Shown here: positions 11,841-24,396 of the stretch, piece after piece
Layout: each line of letters opens with the position of its first letter
Numbering within the stretch: position 1 is the first letter of the stretch
Notes under the pieces: model-generated
What the model saw: only the letters and a program-made list of their open reading frames with translations
Databases searched by the model: none
What the model was told of the DNA's origin: nothing
Position numbers and translations under genes: made by a program
Assembly (NCBI RefSeq): GCF_022539665.2
Contig: NC_081333.1
Location: forward strand, 12,152,001 to 12,216,000
Length of the DNA: 64,000 nt
Source: Daphnia carinata
Lineage: Eukaryota
Direction of reading: 5' to 3'

Positions 11841-14800
11841 CTGAAGAAAGTAAAAAAAAAAAGAAAAAAGAAAACGTGAATTTTCATCCATTCATTTGTG
11901 TTATGCATAAAGATAATGATAATTACGCAAGGCGCGGAATAAAAAATAATTGCGGGAAAAAAAAAAAGGGCCGACAATGTGAGGGACGACCAACAGATAT
12001 GTCGGCCAAAACGGTGCGTGTTTATTTTATACAAAAAGTCAGTTGATTAACAATGCAAATGTTGGCGGCGGAGCGGAAACTCTTGAGCGCGTGCGAGCAA
12101 ACCTCTTCAAAAGCCAAAAGAGAAAATTCTCAGCATTTCCATTTTACGTTGGTTAAAAGGCGACCTCATCAACGCTTCCGATTGGCTGGCGTTTTGATTC
12201 ATAAAAATAAATACTGGCGAGGAGTATGTTTTGAATCAAATTTTAATTTCTTTTTGTTTTTCTTCTTAAGATTTCAAGCGGAGGGGCAGAAAAAGAAAAG
12301 GCCGCCGTTACGCATCTGGCGTTCGGTTCTGGTCTGTTGGACATTGGTGGTCTAAGAAAGCCGGAAGAATGTCCCCGCCACATCAAGGGGATATGTGGAC
12401 AAAACAAAACAAAGAAGAGACACAGTTCGACTTCATAAATTTCCATTCTTTTTCATTCACAATGGAATTTGGATCGAAGCCATTGTTCCCTTCTTCCGTC
12501 TCTTCTTTTTTACAAGTGGATGACTAACGAAGGATGAGACCAAGGGTAAAAAAAAAAAAAACATTCCTCCAGCCTTCCACCAATCCGCATTTCTCTCTCC
12601 CCTTTCTCTTTACGAAAATGAAATCCGAGAAGTTCCATCACAAAAGGGAGGGGTCAGTGTCATTCTTTGGTTTCTTCGTCGACTTTTTTTTTTTTTTTTT
12701 TAAACTCTAACGTCCACTAGCATAACCTTTCGTTCACTAGACCACACCACTTGTCATGGCTTCAGCCAGAAACGACCTCCCCCCCCCCCTTCATATTTGA
12801 AAGCTTAAAACGTAAAATATTATAAGGACGACCCACTTGTCTTCTTTAAAAAAATAATCTTTTCTCCCAACGTCTCTCTTTTTTACTGGATAAAATGCCG
12901 CCGTTGCAATTCGATATCCTTCATTTTCGTTTTTACCGTCCCCGACTTTTTCCTTTTTGTTGGTAGCATCAAGTTTTAAATTCCGCGCGTTTGATGAGTC
13001 CCCCACCTCTTTCTCCGCTTGTATTTTTTCTTCTCAATTATCCTGTTTCTCTATTTAGGATCGAATGACGTGTGCACGCTCTTCCTCCTTAATAACCTCC
13101 TCCGCTTTCTTAATGTCCATGCGGCGGGGTCTTTTTACGAAGCAAGAGAGGAAATGAAACAGGACTCTGTCAGTGTGCGTGCGTATAATTGAATCGAATC
13201 ATTTCCGCGTTGTACTCATCAAATGCTGGCGGCTTCTTTTAGGGCTTTAACCCGTTCGTTGACAACATTTCTTTTTGGATAGCGGACCGAATGTAAAAAA
13301 GAAAAAAAAAAAACGATTCGAATTTCATTTGCATCAGGGCATTGCTGTTTTCGGTTCACTCAACTTGCGTTCTCAAACTGAAGGGAGGACAGCAGGAGGG
13401 CCTTTGGCCAAGAGGCAAAATTCTAAAGTCGGCCGTGTCACGCCGTGTTTCTTTTTTTACCTGTGCGGTTATCGCCTTTCTTTCTCCTGTTTTTTTTTTT
13501 TTTTTCTGAATGAAAACGAATGGGGGTCGCCTTTTTAAGAACAGTATTTCTTACTTTCCGCTAGAGTCATGGTAAGTTCCATTGTATCAACTAGGCGAGA
13601 GAGAACCAAAAAAAAAAAAAAAAAAGGGGATCTATTCACTCTATTGAAAGCAAAATCCCGTTGATGACAGAGTCTCAGTTTTGGAAGAAGAACGCACACA
13701 GACAAGTGGGCGGGCGTTAACAGCTGTTTCTTTTTTTTTTGTATCTGTTTTTAAAATGAAAAAAAAAAAATACTCTGTGCGTTCTTTTGCACACGGATTG
13801 AGGGCCACCCGTAGAAAAAGAAAATGCTGGGATGAATCAACGGATCAGAAAAAAAACAAAAAAAAAACAAGGCGAAGTTAAAAAAAAAATAATAAAAGTA
13901 TAGATTGACTAATGGCTGGAAAGATATTGCTCGACCGAATGTGGATAACACGAAGCGTGTTTTTTTTTTTCTCTCTTCTACGAAGTGTACACAACCTTAA
14001 GGTTCCAATCAGCTGTTTTGTGAGGACCTTGGTTGGTTTCACTGTTCAGTGGAGCAACAAGAGTTTCTCTTCGATCATCGTCTTTTCCATCAACCGCCAT
14101 TGATTCAAAAAAAAAAAGGGAGATTCTTCCACCTCTCTCGTTTCTTTACAAGAAGAAAAGGAATGATGAGTGGTGTCCGCCCTGGCGTCAGCTTGTCCCT
14201 TCCACACGGGGAAACAGCCCCCCTCTCTTTTCCAGCTCACCCTTCCAAGATGGAAATAACATTTAAAAAAAAAAAGGGACCCCAAGAAAAAAAGGTGGGA
14301 TCGTTTGCATGATGAACTTTTTACCCCACACAAAAAAACTCATCGATATGTAGAAAGACCACCATCATCATTTGAGCTTGCCTTCATTATCTTTTGACTC
14401 TCGAGAAATTCCGATTAACGGGCGCGCATGCATCGAAATCAAAAATAAATCCGCTATTAATTGATCTTTGTACACGTTTGTAAGTTAAACATAGGACACT
14501 GAATTATATACAGCTGCCTCTTTGTTAATGCCCTTGAATAATATTTTTAAACCTTCTTCTTTTTCCACAGAGAAACATGTTCTCACTCGGCTGAATATGT
14601 TGAATGCCCTTCAGGGGGGTGCTGTGTGTATATGTATAAAAATACATAGTCCGCCAGAGCCGCTGGTTCTATACGAAAACACGGTACCTGAACACCGATC
14701 ATTGTGTGCGTGTTTCGTGTGTGCTATTATATCGAGCCTCATCCATCTTGTTGACAGCTGCAGCCGTCAGAGTAGTTAGTAGTTTTACCCTATAACGTAA

Positions 14801-17800
14801 CTGGCGGAAAATGCAAACTACATCCTTGATTTTCTTTCTTCTTTCGGTACAGACACGCCCCAACAACAAGCGGAAAAAAAAGAGTGAAACTTTGTCTTTA
14901 AGTCGAAAACATTTCGCCCGGATGTCTCATTACATTTTTACTGGAACAGCCAATCAAAAAAAAAAAAAAAATGAAAAAGGAAGGGACTTGTTTTTTTGTA
15001 GTCCTCTTTTGCGATGCGTAATTCAGGTAGGGAAGGCTGCGATGGTAGAGATATGCGTAACGTACACCTTTAAGGCGAAAGGAGGCGATATTCCTTTTTT
15101 AGTTTGAGTTCCTTATTTTTTAAGCAAATGATATTTAGATTTATACATTTATTTTATTTTTTCCTTTTCTCTTTTCTTTTTCTTGGGAATGAGAAGGCGA
15201 TCAATCCAAGTCGGAGAGACACGGCAGCTTCTTACAGACGTATGTTTTCACACCCAATCGCTCGTAGCGAGTAATAGGTATAAAGCTTCTTTTTTTTTCC
15301 TAACCTTTTTGAATGTGGAAAGAAAAAAAACTAAACAAATGACGTTTTTCGTTGCTGCATTTAAGAAGCTGCCACGGTGAAAGGTTGTCGGCAAAAAAAA
15401 AAAGAAAAACGAGCTGGAGAAAAGAGCAAAGTGTTCAAGTTATTGGAGAAGACCAATAAAAAAAAAAAATGGCAGACCGAATCTGATCTTTAATGGCCCT
15501 CCACCTTTTTTTTTTTCTTTCTTTCTGGGGTTAGCACCTTAAAGGAAAGAAGAAAACGTTGCGTTAAGGGAGGGTGAGAAGTAAATGCCCTCATTTTCCT
15601 TTCCTATATTTTTCCCTTCATACAACATTTTTTTTTTTCTTCCCAACTACCATCTATCAAATCGAAACCTTCTATAGAATATTGTCCCACTCCTCTTTCA
15701 CCTAGGATAGGAAAAAAAAAAAAAAAATGAAATATTCGCCTTCCCTTTAAATAAATAAAAAAAAACATTTTCGTTCCGGTTCAAAATTATAAGGTTCTCT
15801 CTTTTGGTTAGCGGGGATGCATTTTTTTTTTTTAATTCTCTTAAAAAAAAAAAAAAAAAAGAACATTCTTCACTTGAATAGCTGTTTCATCATTTTTTTT
15901 TTCTTGCGCTTGAAAAGAAGAGGAAGCCGCCCCTGAGTCCAGAAATTTTGCAGAAAATTCTCTTGTGCTCCCGAAACTGCTTGAAATCTTTGGTAAAGAA
16001 AAAAAAAACCAACTCAAAAGCATTTTTTTCCCTTTTAATTACGACTCTCGTGTGTGCCTAATTTCGGCTTTTCCTTCCAAATTATCCAGCATGTGGCGGC
16101 AATGAACGCGGGTCCCGAAGAAAATTGGTGGGTTTTTTTTTTTTTTTTTTTTGTAGCCGCTTCGAGGTGCGGTGAGTCTTGTCGGCGCCTTCGCCCAAAT
16201 GAATGCCCCCTTTTCATTCCTTTTCTTTTTCATCCACCATTTTTCTTGACTCTATCATTTGGAGGAGGAGTAGCTATCTAGTGGAGGAGCATTTCTTTTT
16301 TTTTTCTTTTAAAAAAAGATGGCCTCCAGCGTTTCTTTATACAGAGGCAAAACGTGTAATATCAAATCATCATCTTGTCTCTCTCTCTCTCTCTTTCCTT
16401 TTCTTGTTTCGTTTTTCCTCTTTCAAAACGTCTGCAAAAGGCGGCAGTGCTCGCCTTTGGCCATCGTCATCACGAACCGACGATTGATGTAAAGACTCGT
16501 TTAATTATTAGCTTCTCGCAACAGGAACGAACCCTTTCACGATGAAAAGTCCAGTCGCTATTCATTAATCTATCCTACCTTTTAAATGAAATACATTTTT
16601 ATCTCGACATGTTTTTGTGTTGTAAAAAATTTAAAAGAAATAAGGGCCTCCTTGCATTTCCGGTGTTGTTCGGCCCTTACCCTTTTTTTAAGTATCGCCC
16701 ACTTAACAGAGACACATTTGTTATACGATGTGTGTGTGTTGTTTGTTCAATTTAGAGGGAAACACTTTCAGAGATTTTTTTTTTGTTTTGTGTTTTGTTT
16801 GACGGAACAAAGTGGAAAGTAGAGTGGCCACTCGAAACTCTCGGATACCGGATCGCTCTCCTCATTTTTTTTTTTTTTTTTTATATTACTGTGGAACAGC
16901 GTTACATACCGTAACGGAGTTCTTTTGTTTCCGTTCTTGGCCCTGTATTTTGATTGCTCCAACCGGAATTTTCTTACGCGGAATTAACCCGTTAACCGTA
17001 AAGAAAAAACCAAAAATTTCAGTGGAAAAAGAGAACAAAGAGTTTTGAAAAAAAAAACTCTACGTATTTCTCCATTGCACGTGCAAATGTCACGACTAGC
17101 AAACATGCACGCGTGAGTCTGCTTCGATCTCCTTCTCTGTTTAAAATCAGCTTTGTGAATAAGATTGGCTGCTTGAAACAGAACGATGTTATCATTAAGT
17201 ACCTCCATCTTACGACACGAAAAGACACGTGAGAATTGCGTGTGTCGCGAGATACGCCAAGGTTCGCATCTAATGGCGTTTCGACATCAAAAATATAAAC
17301 TCGGCATAAGTTCGTTTTTTCTTTTCTTTACGGTGCGTGTGCTATTCCGTGAAGTGTGTTTTACGTTATAGTTGTGAGGAAAAAGACGCACGCAAGCCGC
17401 GCTAATCCGTTTCCATTGCGGCCGTTAAAGAGACGAGCTGCAACAGAGTGGCGAGTTGCAGTCGTTTCCTTTGCGCCTGTCGTGAACACCAAAAAAAAAA
17501 CGAACGCACGCACGGATACACAACAACAACAAACCCGCATCGTAAAAAGAAAAAAGAGACGGGAACAACAAAAGAAATCCTTTTTTTTTTTTTCAAAGAA
17601 GAAAAAAAAAAAAAATGAAATTCCGTAACTTATTTCTGTGAACCCCCCCCCCACTCTCTCGCTCAAGTATTTTCACGGACGCATTCCGCTGTGGATACAC
17701 TCACACACACACACAAAAAAAATGATATTCTCTCATCGAGAAAGAACCTTTTTGAATTTATAAAAAAAAAAAAAAAAGACAAAGATGATCAATGACATGG

Positions 17801-20800
17801 GAGAGCCCTTTTTTGTTTTGTCCAGATCGGTCGAGCAGAACACGACAGATCTCGTCAGCCATGACGATCACGTTCCATCACGAATCAAACATATTAGAAT
17901 ATATGCAAAATAGAAAAAAGGGGGCTACTAAAAAATGTTAAAAAAAAAAAAAAAAACACAGCCGGCGGGCTGGACAATTAATATGCGTCATTCTTTGATG
18001 TCGTTCAGACGTAGAGAGAACTCGTCTACTATAATCTTTTGACTACTACACAACTAGTAGTAAGAATCGTAATAGTAGTAAGAATATATAGCCTTGTTTC
18101 ATATTATTGACAAGGACAAAAAAAAAAAAAAAAAGGCCAAGAGAACGAATGAAAAATCAAACAGGAATGGTTGAAAAAAAAAAAGGACGAATGACGACAT
18201 GATGGATGTCATGGCGGATGCCATATCCAGATTTCTAGAACCCTCCCATGTCCGCACGTATTTTGTTTGTTTTTTTTTTTCCCTTCTTTACTGTCGACTC
18301 GATTTCACATTTTCTTCACATCTGTAGAAAGATACGACCGTCTGTCTTTTTTTTTTTTTTTTTTTTTTCTCTTTTCGTTATTAATGTCAACATTTCTGAT
18401 GAGACGGCCAGCAAGCGAGATAACGGCCAAGAAAAAAAAAAATGCCTTTCTTTTTGGAATATTACAATCCCGATTAGGTCGAGAGTCAATGACGAACAAT
18501 CATGCGGCCAAGGAACAACAACAGAAAACAGTTGAACGAAAAAAAAAAAAAAATAAAATTCTTACCTGCGCAGACAGTGTCCTGGATGGGCGTACACTCG
18601 TGGAGCGTGACCTGGTCGTCTCGGCAGACGGTGCAGACTGAACAGCCGTGAGTGGCGCTGAGGACGGAACTATAAGTCGATGTCGGGCACTTGCGGCAAA
18701 TCGTGTTTTGAGTGGACGAACAGGCCCGGGCGGCTCCGTAGCCGTGCGGGCATAGATCGCACGCTTTGCAGCTCATGATCGGCTGTTGTTGGCGGAACGA
18801 AGCCCCGTGTTTGTGGCGGGCGTGCAGAGGCTGCGTCGTGGCCTCGTCGACGACGCCCTCTTCCGGTTGAGCCAGTTCGTTGGTGATGACCGTTTGCGGG
18901 TAGCTGATCTCTTGGTAATGGTCTCGCTCGCACTCGCATTCCGTGTCGTGAGTGGCGTTACATTCGCGTTTGACTCGGCTGTTTGGCGGGCACGTCCGGC
19001 ACGCCCGACACGGCAAGTGACGGCTGGGCGAATCGCTAAACGTTTCGCCGCTCACGCAAGGCTCGCACTTTGTCGCCATTTCTTCCACTACCTCGTCGTC
19101 TTGCTCTTCTTCCGTTACGTTCTGATGAAGTTGGTGATCCATCGCTAACGGATTGGACCGACCTCGTAGCGTACAAAGTCGGGCGACACCCGTACCAGCC
19201 GGGCATTCCGTGCAGAGAGCGGAAATATCCGTCCGGATAGTTCCGTCTTGCGTTGGAGCGGCACTCGTTCCTCCGATGAAAGCCTGATGAATTTAAAAAT
19301 AAAACATGAAATGTTTTAGAATTTCGCATTGACACACGTGTAACGTTTGGATTCTGGCCCATTGTTTAATAGGAAAACACAAAAAAACATGGAGGAAGAA
19401 AACAAAATGTAATGTGAATTCAAGATGGAATGAGGGGCTAATTTGTCGGTTTGAAAGAGAAGGCCGCCCCTTTGAACTTGAGGCTGTTTTTGGCCTTTTG
19501 CTATAAGGCGGTGTTTTTTTTTTTAATTCTTTTGGGGCTAAAAATCGAGCGGTCAAGACGAGCACTTTTCTTCTGGTATTCATTAAAAAAAAAAAGAGAG
19601 AGGAAAGTCGGAGAAAACATCCCAAATTGATAGCCGTTGCTTTGCCGTACCTTTTTTTTTAACCCTCTTCGTTTAATTATCATCATCATAAAATATACGT
19701 AGACGAAAAAAAAAGGACGGCCAACGTTTGCCGACCATTTCCCTTCAATACTTACAGCCGGCCAAAAAAAAAAATTGTTATTTTTTCTTTTTAATTTAAT
19801 CTTAAGGATAGGATAAAAAAAAAAATTTTGTTTACCCCAGTTGGGGGAATTGATGTAAACTAGTGTTTATAACGCATGTCTTGTATTTTTCGCACGTCGT
19901 AGAAGAAACGACATTGCTGTCTGTTTAGATCAGAGAGGCCAAAGAGTTTTAAAATTAGCTCAACACACACACACACACACACACCTTTTCACACCTTCTT
20001 ATCCTTGTGTTATCAGTAGATGTTACAAGAGCCCCATTTCCCTTTAAAAAAAAAAAAAATTGGACGCTATTTTTTAACATAAAATTTGTGAGGAAATGTG
20101 CACACATCAGCTGGACTGGGCTACTGTTAACCCCCGCCGCAAGAGTTTGGGGACCAATTCTGTTTTGGAATAAGGGGGGGGGGAGTGTCGTTTGTAGTAA
20201 GTCATGCGGTCCTTTTGTAGAAAGTTTTGGCCGCATGTTGGATGTGCGCCGACTTTTTTGTTGTTTTTTTTTTTGACATTGGAAAAGAAAGAGAAAAAAA
20301 AAATTTCAGTTTTTATGAGACTCGGATGGGTTATAAAAATTTAGGAGGATGGAAGGCTTATTGGCCCGCGCGGCTTCAACTTGGAATTTCTCGGAGGAGG
20401 TCGGCTAATAATTTTTTTTTTCTTTTTCCCCAACGACTGCCAAGGGGCTGCCAAGTTTAAAAGTAGAAGACAGGAGGCAACAACAACAAATTTTTTTTTT
20501 TCAAGGGGAAATACAACTAACCTACAAACACATACAGCAGCCGGAGAATGTTTTTTTTTTTTCTTTCTGGGGTATATTATAGCAGGACCCTCCCGCGCGC
20601 GTCCATCATAAAAATACGGAGGAAAACAAAACAAAAAAATCTCTAGCAGCTAAGCAAAAAAAAAAAAAAATGGGGAACAAATGTATTTTTATATCTTATC
20701 TCATGTCCTCCTGCGCTCCTTATTGCAGCGCTGCCTTCTGTATGTGAATTGTGGAAAAAGAAAAGACAGTGGGAAAGCGGCAGCTATCTTAAAAAAAAAA

Positions 20801-23800
20801 AAATAGGGGAGACAACTATAAGAAAAACCTGTTTCTTTTTCCTTTAAAAAAAAATGTTTGAATCATTTTTATTTTGGAACGCATCCCGTTCTCAAATTTG
20901 TCAGCTGTTGGAAAGACAAGTCGCTGAGAGCGATGGAGGGAGGAAAAAAAAAATGGCCGATATCATGGGCAAAAAAAAAAAAAGGAAGAAGAAAAGGCCA
21001 CACACAAAAAAAAAAACAAAACAAAAGAAAGTCTTATCTAAGAATCTGATGGCTGTTGTGATCACGACAAAAGAGAAAAAGAAAACCTGAAACACCAGGT
21101 GCGCTCTTTCGGTCTCGGTTGCGCGCGATTCGCTACGACGAGCGGCGAAAACGAGGGACGCTATTTCTTTTTAATGACACAACACCGTTCATTTGCATAC
21201 GCACACAGCACAAGAAAAAAAAGACGAATGAATATAATTTCGCATTGAAAAACATAAAAGGGCGGACACATTTCAATTTTCGCTTCTATGTTCTTCATTT
21301 TAACGGAGTGCAGGTTGATTTTTGTTTTTCAAGAAAGAAAAAAAAAAACAAACATTTCGTTTAAAAAAGATGTTCTGTGATTCCAGATGGCGGCATCCGT
21401 TGCGCTCCAATAATAGACTTGGCCCCCCTCCCACCCTGTTTCTTAACCCACCCTTTACTGTATGTGTCTGCATGCAGACACTCTTTTTCTTCTTCGCTTC
21501 CGATGAAACGTTGAAGAGAAGGGGGTTGAAAAAAAAAAGAAAGAATATTTTTACGACTCCACCCGTTTCCTTCTGAGAAACGTTTTTGATATATTTTTTT
21601 TTTCTCGGGCCATGCCAAAAGCGTAGCGACTATCGAAAAATGGCACTAGGGTGTCAAAAAAATATCGCACCCCCTCTCATTTTTTTTTTTTTTTCAGAGA
21701 CATGTTTTTTTGATAAGCTCAAAGTATTGACCATTTTGCGAGAGACTCTGAATTTTATTTCCTTTTATATAAGCGGCAGTGGGGACATAATTATCAACCG
21801 TCTAGCGTGTCCCGTTTGAACAGAGACTTGTCGCAAGCCATCGACTATTTTCGCACTCACCTGCTGATTGTCTTCGCGACATGTTTCCCTACCGCATAAT
21901 TTTTTTTTAAAGAGAAAGAAACTAAAAAAAAAAAGAGAAAACCCACATTTGGAAATTTCGGATCGCCCCCCCCCCCCCAAAGGATGAAGAGAAGGTATTT
22001 TTATATCCATTAAGAAAACAGAGAGGGACCGTGAAAGGCGTAAAAGCCAATCATCATCTTTCTCTTTTTTTTTTTTTCTTTCTCATTATATCGCCGGGAA
22101 CCCCGGGAGAAACGGGAATCGACTATTCAATAAAATAATGGTATGGAATTAAAAAGAAAAGAAAAAAGAAAGAACATCAGCATCTCCAAAAAAGAAGTTT
22201 TCCATATGGCATATTTTATATGGGGGGGATGGATCGACACACAGACATTATTCATCTCTCTCTTCCTCTTTCTTTTTGATGATGAAGGAACGAAAGAACC
22301 CCAGACACACTACCATCATCATCATTCCTCGCTCTCATTCGTCACAGACTGCTGGGCCCGCTGCTGGAGGATTCAGATTCTTTTAAATGTATAAGAAAAA
22401 GAAAGAAAAAAAAAACGCATGCCCTTTTTTTCTCTTTTACATAAGACGGGGCCAGAGTCACATTTGATGGTTTTGGAATACTGCCGTTTTTTTTCTTTTC
22501 TAAATGATCCAATCAGAATTCTTCTTTACATTTTGAACCAAAAGGGTATGCCAATTGAGCGCGAAGTTGAATTTGAAATTCGCAGAAATTCGACTACGCA
22601 CACGAACCTTAAAAAAAAAAAATGCAAATAACGAAAAAATTATCTTTCTTTGCTTTTCCCCTTTTTTTTGTTGGAAAATCTCGTGAAGAGGACACGCCAA
22701 AATTCAAACAACCCCGCGCCGAAAAAAAAAAATTAATTATTAATGTATGCACCCGCACAGCACATGCGTGTTTCAGTTTTCATTTCACTATCAAACGCTC
22801 CAATGCCGACCATATTCAGCATTCGACCGAAAAGGAAGGGAAAAAAAACACACAAAAACATCCCCGAATTCTTTTCGCTATTCGAGGGAAATTGCATTTT
22901 TTTTTTCTCGAGTCAAACGTCCCGCGTGACTCCCGCTTTCTTTTTCTTTTAATTTTTTTTTTTCAAAGCCAGTTGTTCTTTCGCCCCTCCTCGCGCTTGA
23001 TTCAATTTTTGTTCGAAACGTATCGGTGCCTATTTAGGGAGGACGCGGTGTGTAATTGCGGGATCGACCGAGATGTCTAACACGACAGACGGGAGAGATT
23101 GTATAGCTCCCTGTAGTTGTTGTCATTCTTCTCTTTTTCTTTTTTTTTTCCTCCTTACATACCCAATGTTTTGTATTTAAAACACACACAGAACCATTAT
23201 CTCGTAGAAAAAAAAAACTCGTCCCTCTTTACATTTTTCGTGATTATTATCCGCCAACTATAAAAACGCCGATCCGTTACATTATCGCGGGTGGGCGAGC
23301 TAGCAACAGCGTTGCCTAAAAAACTTTTGTAAAAAACACGTTTCCTTCTTTGTTCAAGCGAGAGATTTAAAAAGAAAAAAGTTCAAATAGACCGCGTCCG
23401 CCCTCCCCAAAGTACACACTCGATGACGTCGTCTGCATAGAGAGGCTTGTATATCATGCACCTTTGTTATGCGACACACACACAAATCCCGTGTGCGTTT
23501 AAACGATAAGCGTGTAATTTAAACGGCCCGCGGGACAACAAAAATGGGGAAGGACCAGCCTGGTTTCCACCTGTAGTTTATTTTGTTGTTTTTTTCCACG
23601 ATGTTATATAGCACCCCCTTATAGCTCTCGAGATAAGATTGAAAAAGATAAATTCGTCCAGCGATTGGAGAAATCCCGCACGGCCCTGTTGGTCATCTTT
23701 TGAAGCGTCCCGCTATTTGCTTTTTTCAAACGAGATTGCGTTAAAAACTAGTACTCTACATTCATTTTAAGTCTCGTGAAAAATGTATCCAACAACTATC

Positions 23801-24396
23801 GTGAATGTTTCCTTTTTCTACCCGTCTTCTCTTATATATATCTATGGAAATCTGGAACAATGTCACGGATTCGTTCGTGGCCTGCGGGATACGGCGGGCT
23901 GTACATTAACGGACACGTTTTATTTTTTATTTTCAAAAGGCCTAGTGGGTCGTGTTTGTGCCGATGATGTGGCAAACCTTTTCGTGCAATTCACGTGGAT
24001 TCACATCGATCTCTTTCGTCGAAAGACAATGAACGCAAAGAACAAGAACAAAAGAAATAGAAGGGAACGATGTATAGCAGACGACCCTGGTCCATTGTTT
24101 GTCTTCAGGTCGTGCAAAAGGTAGGAAAACAAAACTCGTTTCTCTTTATCCAAACTCTTTTGGGATGTTGTTTCTCGTTCAAGAATTCGTGACACGTTCA
24201 AAAGAGGAATCATTGGCGTTTTTTTTTTAGCGTGAAACATTCGAAAAAAAAAGAAATGGTGGCATACCGATAGGAAGAGCAGAACCATCAAGCAGCGTGT
24301 GGTGTTTCCGGTCCTCGTCGTCCCAGAGGCGACGTCATTCACGCTCGATTCATGCAGCCGACGTCCAGCCTCGACGTTGTCCATCTTGTCGTCCAT
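10344..24396 (-). CDS. NGFR: p75 neurotrophin receptor-like protein (TNF receptor superfamily member 16, death-domain receptor), 6 coding exons, 581 aa
   Basis: Exons (minus strand) are 24396-24268, 19283-18566, 11840-11706, 11325-10957, 10852-10739 and 10624-10344. All are GT-AG with phases 0,1,1,1,1; total 1746 nt. Signal peptide: ...CLMVLLFLS|AFIGGTSA. TNFR CRDs include CEPCVSGETFSD and CRKCPTSTYS..CSVCTVC..ECTPIQDTVC. TM IISVYCAILGAIVLGLLIYVVMKQW closely matches vertebrate p75 (LIPVYCSILAAVVVGLVAYIAFKRW). Death domain: ..AKRREMEAMLN..DWKALARDLGY..IASF..LFGDWAK..GRHDV. C-terminus is S-V-V. Confidence 0.92.
18566..19283 (-). CDS. NGFR: p75NTR-like exon 2 (all cysteine-rich domains)
   Basis: Acceptor catcag|GCT and donor G|gtaag. 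Contains the CRD-coding part of ORF 18486..19142 with TNFR-type Cys spacing. Confidence 0.93.
24268..24396 (-). CDS. NGFR: p75NTR-like exon 1 (start codon and most of the signal peptide)
   Basis: Encodes MDDKMDNV...TTRCLMVLLFLS, followed by donor GTATGC. The phase 0 join to the acceptor at 19283 completes a signal peptide. Confidence 0.75.
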
